Assembly (NCBI GenBank): GCA_031364845.1
Contig: JANLWX010000007.1
Location: forward strand, 32,001-96,000
Origin: Candidatus Eiseniibacteriota bacterium
GTDB taxonomy: Bacteria; Eisenbacteria; RBG-16-71-46
Length of the DNA stretch: 64,000 nucleotides
Reading direction: 5' to 3'
Of this stretch, positions 1 to 11,508 are shown in pieces. The translations under genes and the position numbers were made by a program. Every line of letters starts with the position of its first letter. The stretch's first letter is position 1. Below the pieces are notes generated by a model. It was not told the DNA's origin. It worked only from the letters and a program-made list of their open reading frames with translations, and searched no databases.

Positions 1-78
1 TACCTGCGCGTCCAGACCCCGACCTCGACGACTTCGCTCGGCCCGTATTCGTCGACACTGACCCTGACCGCGCAGTGA
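1..78 (+). CDS. 3' end of a protein entering from the left edge; C-terminus resembles the adjacent pilin-like protein
   Basis: Frame 1 reads YLRVQTPTSTTSLGPYSSTLTLTAQ*, comparable to WFRFNAPASTAVTTQQTISVTVTASAG* of the next gene. Confidence 0.55.
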   Translation, partial: YLRVQTPTSTTSLGPYSSTLTLTAQ

Positions 79-291
79 AATTTCCCTCACGGTTCGTGCC
101 GAAGCGGCCGAAACTTGAGTCAGTGGGATGGCTTTTTGCCCGGTCGGATTCAGTTCGGTGGGGCAAAAGCACCGGAGCCATTCGCCGGATCCCTTAGGAC
201 ACGATCGCGCTGGTCGGTTCCAGCCACCTCCTCGAGGAACCGCCATTTACAAGCGCCTGAGCCGACTCGGAGGTTTGAGAGCGTGCCTGCT

Positions 292-828
292 ATGAGCAAG
301 TCTTTCGGTCTGCGTTCAATTTTGGCCATTGTGTGGGGAGTGCTCGCCGCCGGTCCCGCGTTTGCCGCGAATCCCGCGACGATCTCGGTGACGGTCACGA
401 TTCAGAATCTGAGTGTCACCGCATCCGGGCCGATCGCCTTCGGCACCGTGGTCGCCGGCAGCCAGACCGTCTCCAGCGGTGCCTCGACCATCACGAACGA
501 CGGCAACGTGGTCGAGTCCATGTCGTTGTCGCTGACGAACCCGGGCTCGTGGACCGCAGTCCAGGCGGCGCCGGTAGCCGAGGAGTACGCGCTGCTGGCG
601 CAGTTCAACGCCGCCGCGCCGACCCCGGTTTCGTTCACGTACGCCAATCACGCGCTCTCGACGTCGTCGGTGGCCTCGTCGGTCACGAAGTTCGCCGGTG
701 ATCAGACCGGAGTCTCGATGGCCGTGGCGGCGACGCGAAGCCTGTGGTTCCGGTTCAATGCTCCGGCCTCGACCGCGGTGACGACTCAGCAGACCATCAG
801 CGTCACGGTGACGGCTTCGGCCGGGTGA
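292..828 (+). CDS. Secreted beta-rich hypothetical protein (fimbrial/pilin-subunit-like)
   Basis: ATG at 292 after GGAGG; signal peptide ending PAFA-A; Thr/Ser/Ala/Val-rich alternating beta strands. Confidence 0.7.
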   Translation: MSKSFGLRSILAIVWGVLAAGPAFAANPATISVTVTIQNLSVTASGPIAFGTVVAGSQTVSSGASTITNDGNVVESMSLSLTNPGSWTAVQAAPVAEEYALLAQFNAAAPTPVSFTYANHALSTSSVASSVTKFAGDQTGVSMAVAATRSLWFRFNAPASTAVTTQQTISVTVTASAG

Positions 829-1721
829 TGACCATGAACCCTTACGCCGCCAAAATCACGCTGATCGCGCTTCTCAGCCTTGCCACACCCCTGGTGGCAA
901 GTGCGGGTGGATTGCGTTGCTCCGTCGGTGAAGTCGTGCTCGAGAATCTGAAGATCAGCAAGACGTACTCGCTGCGTACGCTCGCCAATCTTCCGCTGAC
1001 GCTGACGAACTCGGGGGACCATTCGGTCACGGTGGCCCTCGATCCGATGTTGCCGGGCGAGTCCGAGTTGCGCGGTGGAGCCGAGGCGATCGGTTCGCTG
1101 GAGTGGATCTCCGTCGAGCCGAAAACCCTCACGCTCGAAGCCGGGCAGACCGGAACCGCCGATGTCACGCTGGTGCTGCCGGACGACGAGAAGCTGTTCG
1201 GCCGGCGCTTCCAGGCGATGGTGTGGTCGCACACGCTGCCGGATCCGAACGATCTGGTTTCGGTCGGGCTCAAGAGCCGCATCATCTTCTCGGTCGACAC
1301 CGAACGCGACAGCGGGACCGAAGTGCCCACCGGCGAGCTCGGCATTCAGCTCGAATCGGCCGAACTCAAGCTCACGGGTCTGAAGGCGCGCCGCGCTTAC
1401 AAGCTCGAGGATCTGATGACGCGCCCGATGTCGGTGCGCAACACGTCATCCCGTACGCTCACGATCGAGCTCGCGCCGGCCGCGGTGCCCGCATCGGAAG
1501 CGTCGGAGGCGGGGGATCTGCTCGCGGTGGCTCAGCTCAAGTTCGATCCGGCAGTCGTGGTGCTCGCCCCCGGCGAACGCCGCGCCGTGACGGGGACGCT
1601 CACCGTCAACGATCCGGCCAAGGTGCGCGGCCGCAGGCTGCGGTGCGCGGTGTCGGCTTCAGTGACCGATCTGGCCGTCCGCACGAGGATTCTCTCGCGC
1701 ATCGTTGCCGTCGCCCGCTGA
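828..1721 (+). CDS. Secreted two-domain Ig-like protein (pilus-chaperone/DUF916-like)
   Basis: Start overlaps previous stop; signal peptide; two similar Ig motifs (LTLTNSG...WISVEPKTLTLEAGQ; VRNTS...FDPAVVVLAPGE). Confidence 0.6.
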   Translation: MTMNPYAAKITLIALLSLATPLVASAGGLRCSVGEVVLENLKISKTYSLRTLANLPLTLTNSGDHSVTVALDPMLPGESELRGGAEAIGSLEWISVEPKTLTLEAGQTGTADVTLVLPDDEKLFGRRFQAMVWSHTLPDPNDLVSVGLKSRIIFSVDTERDSGTEVPTGELGIQLESAELKLTGLKARRAYKLEDLMTRPMSVRNTSSRTLTIELAPAAVPASEASEAGDLLAVAQLKFDPAVVVLAPGERRAVTGTLTVNDPAKVRGRRLRCAVSASVTDLAVRTRILSRIVAVAR

Positions 1722-1728
1722 GATCTCA

Positions 1729-2283
1729 TTGAATCGCGCGCTGCGCGTGATCGTCGTGTGCATGGCGCTCGCGTGCGCCGCGCGTTCGGATTCGGCGACT
1801 CCGGGTACCGCGGGCGCCGGCGACGCACCGTCGCCGGCCGCACCCGCGCGAACCGGCGGTCCCCGCGAGGCCGTGCGGATGCCGGCCAAACGCGACACCA
1901 CCGCGCGCCCGCTGGCACGTGATCCCGGCCGCGCGCGCACCACGGGCACTCCGGTGCGCCAGGTCGCCGTCACGGTGCTCGTGATCCCCGGTCCTCAGGC
2001 ATCCTATCGCCTCGACTTCCGCCGCCCGTGGCCCAATCCCGCTTCGACGAACGCGATGCTGCGATTCAGCATCGCCGAAGCCGGCCCCGTCACAATCAGC
2101 GTCTACAGCATCTTCGGACAGAAGGTCGCGACCCCGGTTCGCGTGTATTATCCGCCCGGTGAATACGAAGTGCGTTGGCCCACGACCGACGACCGCGGCC
2201 GGCGACTCGCGCCGGGAATGTATGTGCTCCGCATGACGGCCGGACGCCAGGTCCGCACGCATAAGATCGCGATCACGCGCTGA
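1729..2283 (+). CDS. Small secreted protein: low-complexity linker plus FlgD Ig-like/T9SS-type C-terminal domain
   Basis: PWPNP...YSIFGQKV...W.TTDDRGRRLAPGMYVLRM; start uncertain (TTG 1729 or ATG 1762). Confidence 0.7.
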   Translation: MNRALRVIVVCMALACAARSDSATPGTAGAGDAPSPAAPARTGGPREAVRMPAKRDTTARPLARDPGRARTTGTPVRQVAVTVLVIPGPQASYRLDFRRPWPNPASTNAMLRFSIAEAGPVTISVYSIFGQKVATPVRVYYPPGEYEVRWPTTDDRGRRLAPGMYVLRMTAGRQVRTHKIAITR

Positions 2284-2334
2284 CGCCGCAGTAGTGCGGC
2301 GTTCCGTACCGGCGCCCCACGTCAGGAGGATCCC

Positions 2335-3807
<1,473 letters not shown>

Positions 3808-3814
3808 TCCGCGT

Positions 3815-4165
3815 TCAGGCGTCCTCGGCAAAGTCCTTCTCAGTGGCCGGCCGGAACGCGAGATCCGCCGCGAGCCACACGACGCGGCTGAACGGGTGGA
3901 ACCACACCGCGAACCCGACGATGAGTGCGATGCCCCCGGCATAGAGCAACGGCCGCGGGACTCGCTCAGAGAGCCCCGCCACGGCGACCGCGACCCCGAC
4001 CACGAGCGCTCCCACGAGGTTGATCGTGTACGAGCCCAGGAAGTAGTCGGGCTCCCCGCGGTCGAGGCGAAGATGGCAAGCGGGGCAGCGGGCTTTGAGC
4101 TGGAGTGGGGAGGCCCGGAGCGATTTTCCGCCACAATGAGGACACCGCAACCGCGCCGCCCGCAA
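3815..4165 (-). CDS. DUF983-like zinc-ribbon membrane protein
   Basis: RCPHCGG...CPACH...GEPDYFLGSYTIN followed by two TM helices; start uncertain. Confidence 0.7.
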   Translation of the reverse strand: MRAARLRCPHCGGKSLRASPLQLKARCPACHLRLDRGEPDYFLGSYTINLVGALVVGVAVAVAGLSERVPRPLLYAGGIALIVGFAVWFHPFSRVVWLAADLAFRPATEKDFAEDA

Positions 4166-4309
4166 TAACTTGGTTGTGAGGCGAAGATTGTTGCGGAGCC
4201 TCTCTGGGGTATTTTCGGTCGTGTAAATGGTTGCCTCCCAATGGCGGTTGGGGCGGAAAAAGCCCCCGCAACAATCTTCGCCCCACAACCATCGCCTCAC
4301 AGCCTGGGC

Positions 4310-4366
4310 TTGACGGAACTCTTCGTGCCACGGTACGTTAAAGCTGCAATCTAACGTTAACGTAAG
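4310..4366 (+). promoter_or_regulatory. Putative sigma70 promoter plus palindromic MerR-type operator
   Basis: TTGACG (4310-4315), 18 nt, TACGTT (4334-4339); palindrome CTAACGTTAACGTAAG at 4351-4366. Confidence 0.55.
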
Positions 4367-4377
4367 GGTTCGATCCC

Positions 4378-4920
4378 ATGCACACCACGCAGCGCCAACT
4401 ACTTCGAATCGGGGACGTTGCCCGCCTGACCGGCAAGACGGTCCGGGCCATCCATCTATACGAAGAGCTGGGACTGCTGCAACCCGCCACCCGTTCGAGC
4501 GGAGGCTTTCGCCTCTACGAGGCGGTCGCGGTGGAACGGGTCAAGTGGATCGACCGGCTGCACACGCTCGGGTTCTCACTCCAGGAGATGCGCGATCTGA
4601 TCCGCGCCTGGTGGGGCACTGGACTCGGGCCCCAGGCGATGACGGACTTGCGCACGTTGTTCCAGCGCAAGCTCGAAGAAACGCGGGATGCGATCGAGCG
4701 CCATCAACAGCTCGAGCAGGAACTGACCGAAGGCCTCGCGTATCTCGAAACCTGCCGGCAGTGCGAGTCGCCGGCGGATGTGCTCGGGTGCGTGAACTGT
4801 TCGCAGGACCACGGGATGAAGCAGGAACCGGCGCTCGTCGCCGGCATCACTACGGCGCCGGGGCCGCACCGAATGGGTGCACGTCCCGCGCTGGTGCGAA
4901 TCGAAGACATCCGCACGTAG
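4378..4920 (+). CDS. MerR-family transcriptional regulator with C-terminal CxxC-x8-CxxC
   Basis: LRIGDVARLTGKTVRAIHLYEELGLL...SGGFRLY HTH; coiled coil; CRQC...CVNC. Confidence 0.9.
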   Translation: MHTTQRQLLRIGDVARLTGKTVRAIHLYEELGLLQPATRSSGGFRLYEAVAVERVKWIDRLHTLGFSLQEMRDLIRAWWGTGLGPQAMTDLRTLFQRKLEETRDAIERHQQLEQELTEGLAYLETCRQCESPADVLGCVNCSQDHGMKQEPALVAGITTAPGPHRMGARPALVRIEDIRT

Positions 4921-4946
4921 CCAAAACTGAAGAGGGTCGATCTCCA

Positions 4947-5309
4947 ATGACGCTTCCGATCGTGAACCAGAATCCCATCCGCACCGGCATCTCGGTGAGC
5001 CCGATCGCCGCCGAGAAGGTGAAGGAACTGCTTGCCCAGCGCAGCACACCCGAACACGGCCTGCGCATCGGTGTGCGCGGCGGTGGTTGTTCCGGCAACT
5101 CCTACTTCATGGAGTTCTGCGAGGCCGAGACCGACGGTGACCAGGTGTTCCTCAGCAATGGCGTGAAGCTCGTCATCGACGTGAAGAGCGCCCAGCTGCT
5201 GGCCGGCACCGAAATCGATTTCGTGAGCGGACTCATGGGGTCGGGGTTCAAGTTCAACAATCCGAACGTCCGTCACAGCTGCGCCTGCGGAGAGAGTTTC
5301 TCCGCCTGA
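4947..5309 (+). CDS. iscA: A-type Fe-S carrier (IscA/ErpA/HesB family)
   Basis: [27 protein letters not shown]. Confidence 0.92.
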   Translation: MTLPIVNQNPIRTGISVSPIAAEKVKELLAQRSTPEHGLRIGVRGGGCSGNSYFMEFCEAETDGDQVFLSNGVKLVIDVKSAQLLAGTEIDFVSGLMGSGFKFNNPNVRHSCACGESFSA

Positions 5310-5404
5310 TCATCCACGCGCCGCTCGCGCGGCGTTCCGATCCGCCCGGCCCGGGCGGCGTAACGAACGAACCGTCCGCCTTGCGCGGACTCGAGGGAAT
5401 ACGC

Positions 5405-6202
5405 ATGAGCAACACTCCGGAATTGATCGTCAAAGACCTCCACGTCGCGGTGGAGGGCAAGGAGATCCTCAAGGGACTTTCGCTCGAAGTGCGCAAGGGG
5501 GAAGTGCACGCACTCATGGGACCCAACGGATCGGGCAAGAGCACGTTCGCCAACACCCTGATGGGCCATCCCCGCTACGAGGTCACCTCCGGTGACATTC
5601 AGTTCAAGGGTGAGAGCATTCTCGAGATGGAAACCGACGAGCGCTCGCGCGCGGGCCTGTTCATGGCGTTCCAGTATCCGGTCGCGATCCCGGGGGTGAC
5701 GGTCGCGAATTTCCTGCGCACCGCGCTCAATGCCCGCATCGCTCCGCCGGCGGGTGTGGATGGCCGCGTGCCGCTCAAGAAGGGCATCAACCCCAAGGAA
5801 TTCCGCACGCTGCTGCGCGCGCAGATGTCGATCCTCAAGATGGACGAATCGTTCGCGACCCGCTATCTCAACGACGGGTTCTCGGGTGGCGAGAAGAAGC
5901 GCGCGGAGATCCTCCAGATGGCTCTGCTCAAGCCCGAGATCGCGATCATGGACGAAACCGATTCGGGTCTCGACATCGACGCGCTCAAGGTCGTGTCCGA
6001 GGGCGTCAACGCGCTCGCGGGTCCGGATCTGGGAGTGCTCGTGATCACGCACTACAACCGCATCCTCAACTACATCAAGCCGGACCGCGTCCATGTGATG
6101 GTGGATGGACGCATCGCGACCTCGGGCGGGCCCGAGCTCGCGCTCGAACTCGAGAGCCGCGGTTATGACTGGGTCCGCGAAGGCAGCGAGGTGACGCGAT
6201 GA
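5405..6202 (+). CDS. sufC: Fe-S assembly ATPase SufC
   Basis: [37 protein letters not shown]. Confidence 0.97.
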   Translation: MSNTPELIVKDLHVAVEGKEILKGLSLEVRKGEVHALMGPNGSGKSTFANTLMGHPRYEVTSGDIQFKGESILEMETDERSRAGLFMAFQYPVAIPGVTVANFLRTALNARIAPPAGVDGRVPLKKGINPKEFRTLLRAQMSILKMDESFATRYLNDGFSGGEKKRAEILQMALLKPEIAIMDETDSGLDIDALKVVSEGVNALAGPDLGVLVITHYNRILNYIKPDRVHVMVDGRIATSGGPELALELESRGYDWVREGSEVTR

Positions 6203-7614
6203 GCACCGCCGAAACCAGCACACTCGGATCGAAGGACGAATACACCGAGAAATACGGATTCCACGACGCCGATCAGTACGTCTTCAAGGCCCGCAAGGGG
6301 CTCGACCGCACGATCGTCGAGCAGATCTCGCAGATGAAGGGCGAGCCGCAGTGGATGCTCGACTACCGGCTGAAGGCGCTCGACATCTTCTACAAGAAGC
6401 CGATGCCGATGTGGGGCGGCGACGTCGCCGCCATCAACTTCGACGACATCTACTACTACGTGAAGCCGACCACCGACGAAGTGAAGTCGTGGGACGACGT
6501 GCCGGCCGACATGAAGCGCACGTTCGACAAGCTCGGCATTCCTGAAGCGGAGCAGAAGTTCCTGTCAGGCGTCGGCGCGCAGTACGACTCGGAGGTCGTG
6601 TACCACAAGATCAAAGAGTCGCTCGAGAAGCAGGGCGTGATCTTCCTGTCGGCCGATCATGGGCTGCGCGATCACGAGGAGCTGTTCAAGGAGTACTTCG
6701 GAACGATCATTCCTTCGACCGACAACAAGTTCGCGGCACTCAACTCCGCGGTGTGGTCGGGTGGATCGTTCATCTACGTGCCGAAGGGCGTGCATGTCGA
6801 CGTTCCGCTCCAGGCGTACTTCCGCATCAACACCAAGGACATGGGCCAGTTCGAGCGCACGCTGATCATCGTCGACGAAGGCGCCTACGTACATTATGTC
6901 GAAGGTTGCACCGCGCCCACGTACTCGAGCGATTCGCTTCATTCCGCGGTGGTCGAGATCATCGTGAAGCGCGGAGGACGCTGCCGCTATACGACGATCC
7001 AGAACTGGTCGAGCAACGTCTACAACCTCGTCACGAAGCGCGCCGTCGCCTACGCCGACGCGACGATGGAGTGGGTCGACGGGAATCTGGGGTCCAAGCT
7101 CACGATGAAATATCCGGCAGTGATCCTGAAGGAGCCGGGTGCTCACGGTGAGATCCTCTCGATCGCGTTCGCGGGCAAGGACCAGCACCAGGACGCGGGC
7201 GGCAAGGTCACGCACGCGGCACCCAACACGACGAGCAAGATCGTTTCGAAGTCGATCAGCAAGGATGGCGGACGCGCGGGCTACCGCGGGCTGATCAAGG
7301 TTCAGAAGGGTGCGGTCCACAGCCGCAGCACCGTGCAGTGCGACGCGCTGATCCTCGATCCGGAATCGCGCTCGGATACCTATCCCTACATGGAGATCGA
7401 AGAGGATCAGGTCTCGATCGGCCACGAGGCGACGGTGTCCAAGATCGGCGACGAGCAGATCTTCTATCTTCAGAGCCGCGGCATCGGCAAAGACGAGGCG
7501 GCGGCGATGATCGTGTCCGGCTTCATTGAGCCGATCGTGAAGGAACTGCCCATGGAGTACGCGGTCGAGATGAACCGCCTGATCCAGCTCCAGATGGAGG
7601 GCTCGGTCGGATGA
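6199..7614 (+). CDS. sufB: Fe-S assembly scaffold SufB
   Basis: [42 protein letters not shown]. Confidence 0.98.
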   Translation: MSTAETSTLGSKDEYTEKYGFHDADQYVFKARKGLDRTIVEQISQMKGEPQWMLDYRLKALDIFYKKPMPMWGGDVAAINFDDIYYYVKPTTDEVKSWDDVPADMKRTFDKLGIPEAEQKFLSGVGAQYDSEVVYHKIKESLEKQGVIFLSADHGLRDHEELFKEYFGTIIPSTDNKFAALNSAVWSGGSFIYVPKGVHVDVPLQAYFRINTKDMGQFERTLIIVDEGAYVHYVEGCTAPTYSSDSLHSAVVEIIVKRGGRCRYTTIQNWSSNVYNLVTKRAVAYADATMEWVDGNLGSKLTMKYPAVILKEPGAHGEILSIAFAGKDQHQDAGGKVTHAAPNTTSKIVSKSISKDGGRAGYRGLIKVQKGAVHSRSTVQCDALILDPESRSDTYPYMEIEEDQVSIGHEATVSKIGDEQIFYLQSRGIGKDEAAAMIVSGFIEPIVKELPMEYAVEMNRLIQLQMEGSVG

Positions 7615-8951
7615 CGACGGCGGAACTGAATACTTCGACCTCGTTCGAGCAGTGGGCCGGCCAGGCGGCGAGCCGCGCCGCGGCTGCCGGTGAGACGCCG
7701 GCATTCGCCGAACGCCGGCGCGCGGCGGCGGAGGTCATGCGCTCGCTCGTGTTGCCCACACGCGCGGATGAGCTGTGGCGGCGCACCGATTTCCGAACGC
7801 TCGAGGCTGCTCTTCCGGCGCTCGATCCATTCGTGACGCCAACGCTTTCGGACAACCTCAACCTCTTGCCCGCGGCATTGCTCGAACGGCTCGGCGAGAA
7901 CGCACTGTGCCCGCCGATCGTCGTTCAGGTGGACGGGGGAACGGCGTTCGAGCGTTCGACCGATTCACTCGAGCAGCAGGGCGTGATCGTGTGCTCGCTC
8001 GACCGGGCGGTGCGCGAGCATGCGGACAAGCTCGAAGCCCACTACGGCACCATGCTCGGCGATGACGTCGATTGGTACACCGCGGCCGGTTCGGCGCTGC
8101 GGTCGGGCGGGGCGTTCGTCTATGTCCCCGACGGTGTCGAGGCGGCGGAGCCGATCCGCATCGCCCAGTGGATCTCGCGGCCCGGCGTGCTCGCGGCACC
8201 GCGTACCGTGATCGTGCTCGGCCGCGGGGCGAAAGCGGTGGTCGTCGATGAGCAGAGTTCGGTGACCGCGGAAGGCATCTCGCTGCACGTGGGTGCGGTC
8301 GAGGCGTTCCTGGGCGACGAATCGAAACTGGCCTACGCGACGCTCCAGGACTGGGGCCGCAACGTCTACCACTACTCGAACCACCGCGCGCGCGTGGGGC
8401 ACAACGCCGAGCTGCAGTGGGTTCAGACGATGCTCGGAAGCCGCATGGCGAAGGCGAACTCGTACTTCGATCTCGCAGGAGCGGGTGCCCAGGCGTTCGT
8501 TCACGGTTTCATGTTCGGCGATCAGCGCCAGCACTTTCATCTGCACACGCTCCAGCGGCACCTGGTCGATCACACGACCAGCGATCTGCTGATCAAGTGC
8601 TGTCTCAAGGATCGGGCGCGCAGCATCTATCAGGGCCTGATCCAGGTGAGCGAGGGTGCCCAGCGCACCGACGCCTACCAGGCGAACCGCAATCTGCTGC
8701 TGTCCGACACGGCGCGCGCGGACAGCATCCCCGGTCTCGAGATCCTCGCCAACGACGTGCGTTGCACGCACGGGGCGACGATCGGTCATGTCGACGACGA
8801 ACAGCTCTATTATCTGATGGCGCGCGGGCTGCCGCGGCGCGAGGCGCAGCGCCTCGTGGTCGAAGGATTCTTCGCGCCGGTGCTCGATCGCATTCCGCTC
8901 GACGACGTGCGCGAACAGCTTCGCCACGAGATCGAACACAAACTCGGTTAG
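7611..8951 (+). CDS. sufD: Fe-S assembly protein SufD
   Basis: [33 protein letters not shown]. Confidence 0.95.
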   Translation: MTTAELNTSTSFEQWAGQAASRAAAAGETPAFAERRRAAAEVMRSLVLPTRADELWRRTDFRTLEAALPALDPFVTPTLSDNLNLLPAALLERLGENALCPPIVVQVDGGTAFERSTDSLEQQGVIVCSLDRAVREHADKLEAHYGTMLGDDVDWYTAAGSALRSGGAFVYVPDGVEAAEPIRIAQWISRPGVLAAPRTVIVLGRGAKAVVVDEQSSVTAEGISLHVGAVEAFLGDESKLAYATLQDWGRNVYHYSNHRARVGHNAELQWVQTMLGSRMAKANSYFDLAGAGAQAFVHGFMFGDQRQHFHLHTLQRHLVDHTTSDLLIKCCLKDRARSIYQGLIQVSEGAQRTDAYQANRNLLLSDTARADSIPGLEILANDVRCTHGATIGHVDDEQLYYLMARGLPRREAQRLVVEGFFAPVLDRIPLDDVREQLRHEIEHKLG

Positions 8952-9006
8952 CCGTGCGTCCGGGTCGCGGCAGTTCGCGGCACCGGAGCGCGAGCGGGGG
9001 ACGACG

Positions 9007-10284
9007 GTGACGCTCCCGATGCGATTCCATCCGGCCGGGGCGCTGTCCGCCGCTCCGGCCACCGCGTTCGATGCGCGCGCGCTGCGCGCCGAGTTCCCGA
9101 TCTTTCGGGAGCCCCGCGACACACCGCTCGTCTATCTCGACAGTGCCGCGACGTCGCAGAAGCCGCAGGCGGTGCTCGACGCGATGGATCGCCACTACCG
9201 CACGTGCAACGCGAACATCCACCGCGGGATCTATGCGATCGCCGAGCAGGCGACCGCGGCCTACGAGGATGCGCGCCGCCGCGTGGCACGGTTCGTCGGC
9301 GCGCCGAGTCCGGCCGAGATCGTGTTCACCCGCAACAGCACCGAGGCGATCAACCTGGTTGCGCACTCGTGGGGGCGCTCGCAGCTCCGCGCAGGCGACG
9401 CAATCCTGCTGACCGTGATGGAGCACCACGCGAACCTGGTGCCCTGGCAGTTGCTGGCCGCCGAGCGCGGGATCGAACTGCGCTTCACGCCGATCACGGC
9501 CGAGGGCGATCTCGACCTTGTGGCCTGTGCGGCACTGCTCGCCGACGGCAAGGTGAAGCTGCTCGGGGTCACGCACGTCTCGAACGTGCTCGGCACGGTG
9601 AATCCGGTCGCGCGCATCGCGCAGCTCGCGCACGACGCCGGCGCTCTCGTGCTGGTCGACGCTTCGCAGAGCGTTCCGCACTTCGCGGTGGACGTGGCAG
9701 CACTCGGCGCAGACTTCGTCGTGTTCACCGGACACAAGATGCTCGGGCCGACCGGCATCGGAGCGCTGTGGGCGCGCCGCGAACTGCTCGAGTCGATGCC
9801 GCCGTTCATGGGCGGCGGCGAGATGATCCGCGAGGTGAAGCTCACGGGTTCGCAGTGGGCCGATGTCCCGTGGAAATTCGAAGCCGGCACCATGCCGATC
9901 ACCGAAGCCGTCGGGCTCGGTGCCGCCGTCGACTGGCTGGAGCGCGTCGGCATGGACGCGATCTGGGCGCACGACCAGGAGCTGATCGCCTACGCGATGT
10001 CGCGGCTGTCCACGGTACCCGGACTGCGGGTTCTCGGACCTCCGGCCGAGAGGCGGGGAGCACTGGTCGCGTTCACGCTCGGAACGATCCACGCGCATGA
10101 CGTCGCGACCGTGCTCGATGCGGGCGGTGTCGCCGTTCGCGCCGGACATCACTGCGCGATGCCGTTGCACGAACACCTCGCGATCGCGGCGTCGGTGCGG
10201 GCATCGTTCCACTGCCATACGACCACCGACGAGATCGACACGCTGGTGCTGGGTCTCGAGCGCGCGGGCCAGGTGTTCGCATGA
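9007..10284 (+). CDS. sufS: Cysteine desulfurase SufS
   Basis: YLDSAATSQKP, TGHKMLGPTGIG (PLP Lys), RAGHHCA. Confidence 0.97.
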   Translation: MTLPMRFHPAGALSAAPATAFDARALRAEFPIFREPRDTPLVYLDSAATSQKPQAVLDAMDRHYRTCNANIHRGIYAIAEQATAAYEDARRRVARFVGAPSPAEIVFTRNSTEAINLVAHSWGRSQLRAGDAILLTVMEHHANLVPWQLLAAERGIELRFTPITAEGDLDLVACAALLADGKVKLLGVTHVSNVLGTVNPVARIAQLAHDAGALVLVDASQSVPHFAVDVAALGADFVVFTGHKMLGPTGIGALWARRELLESMPPFMGGGEMIREVKLTGSQWADVPWKFEAGTMPITEAVGLGAAVDWLERVGMDAIWAHDQELIAYAMSRLSTVPGLRVLGPPAERRGALVAFTLGTIHAHDVATVLDAGGVAVRAGHHCAMPLHEHLAIAASVRASFHCHTTTDEIDTLVLGLERAGQVFA

Positions 10285-10694
10285 GCCCGGGTTGGGACGA
10301 GCTGTTTCGCGACGAGATCCTGGACCACTACAAGCATCCGCGGAATCACGGTACGCTGGAAGCGCCCGACTTCACCTATGAAGACGCGAATCCGCTGTGC
10401 GGTGATCGCCTGCGAATGGACTTCCACGTCGGCGACGGCGTGATCAAGGCTGCGCGCTTCACCGGGCACGGTTGCTCGATCAGCCAGGCTGCGGCGTCGA
10501 TGCTGTGCGAGCGGGTCGAGGACATGACGCTCGAGGACGCCAAGCGGCTGTCGCGCGAGGACGTGCTCGAGATGCTCGGCATCGAGCTCGGGCCGGTGCG
10601 TCTCAAGTGCGCGTTGCTCGCGCTCAAGACGATGAAGGCCGGGATCTATGGCATGCGCCAGTGGCCGGGCGAGGAAGACGCATCGCACCCGTGA
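10281..10694 (+). CDS. sufU: SufU (NifU/IscU-like) sulfur-transfer/scaffold protein
   Basis: ILDHYKHPRN, NPLCGD, GCSISQA, RLKCALL. Confidence 0.93.
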   Translation: MSPGWDELFRDEILDHYKHPRNHGTLEAPDFTYEDANPLCGDRLRMDFHVGDGVIKAARFTGHGCSISQAAASMLCERVEDMTLEDAKRLSREDVLEMLGIELGPVRLKCALLALKTMKAGIYGMRQWPGEEDASHP

Positions 10695-10771
10695 CGTGCT
10701 GCGCGGCGACGGAGCCGCCGCGCGAACGAACGACGCGGCCGATGTGCGTTGGGCAGCTTTAAGGGGGATAA

Positions 10772-11086
10772 GTGAACGACGGATTCGTGACGGTGGCGAA
10801 AGTGGGTGAGATTCCCGAAGGCGGCGTGAAGATCGTGCGGCTCGACGATCAGCCGGTCGCCGTGTTCCATCTGGCCGACGGCTACTACGCGATCGACGAC
10901 ATCTGCACCCACGACGGGGGTCCGCTCGCCGAGGGACCGATCGATGGGAACGTCATCGAATGCCCGCGTCACGGAGCGCGTTTCGACATCAGGACGGGTG
11001 CGGTGCTGTGCCTTCCGGCGACCGCGCCGGTTCCAACCTACGCCGTGAAGATCGACGGCGACGAGATCAAGGTGGGCTGGGCATGA
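10772..11086 (+). CDS. Rieske [2Fe-2S] ferredoxin
   Basis: CTH...CPRHGARFD. Confidence 0.93.
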   Translation: MNDGFVTVAKVGEIPEGGVKIVRLDDQPVAVFHLADGYYAIDDICTHDGGPLAEGPIDGNVIECPRHGARFDIRTGAVLCLPATAPVPTYAVKIDGDEIKVGWA

Positions 11087-11505
11087 ACGACGAACCGAAC
11101 AAGTCATCCGAAGTGGAGGCCGCGCAGGCGGGCACGCCTCGCACGGACGCTCCGAATACCGAAACCGTGGCCGCCGCAGAAGGTGCGCCGGCCGGGGAGC
11201 GCACGACCGCGCCGTCCCAGCAGGAACTCGCCGTGCGCGTCGCGCTCGAATCGGTGCTCGACCCCGAGATCGGGCTGTCGGTGATCGACCTCGGTCTCAT
11301 TCGCGAGGTCAACATCTTCCCCGACCGCACGCACGTGCGCATGATGCTGACCACCCCGTTCTGCCCGTACGCGCCTCAGATGATGGCGGACGTGAAGCAG
11401 GCGACCGAAGCGGTCGTGCCGGTTCCGTGCGACGTGGAGATCATGCCCGACGCGTGGAGTCCGCAGCTGATGCCGGACCCGGGGCTGCTGGGGTATTCCT
11501 TCTAG
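11083..11505 (+). CDS. sufT: DUF59/SufT metal-sulfur cluster maturation protein
   Basis: VLDPEIGLSVIDLGLI, MLTTPFCP, WSP. Confidence 0.88.
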   Translation: MNDEPNKSSEVEAAQAGTPRTDAPNTETVAAAEGAPAGERTTAPSQQELAVRVALESVLDPEIGLSVIDLGLIREVNIFPDRTHVRMMLTTPFCPYAPQMMADVKQATEAVVPVPCDVEIMPDAWSPQLMPDPGLLGYSF

Positions 11506-11508
11506 GAA

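Noticed and set aside
79..291. c-di-GMP-I riboswitch suggested by GGCAAA and GGTGG/CCACC pairing
   Set aside because: No GNRA tetraloop/receptor arrangement visible; needs an Rfam scan
8605..10218. Long antisense and alternate-frame ORFs here and throughout the window
   Set aside because: Shadows of well-supported genes, expected in high-GC DNA; Arg/Pro-rich translations with no motifs
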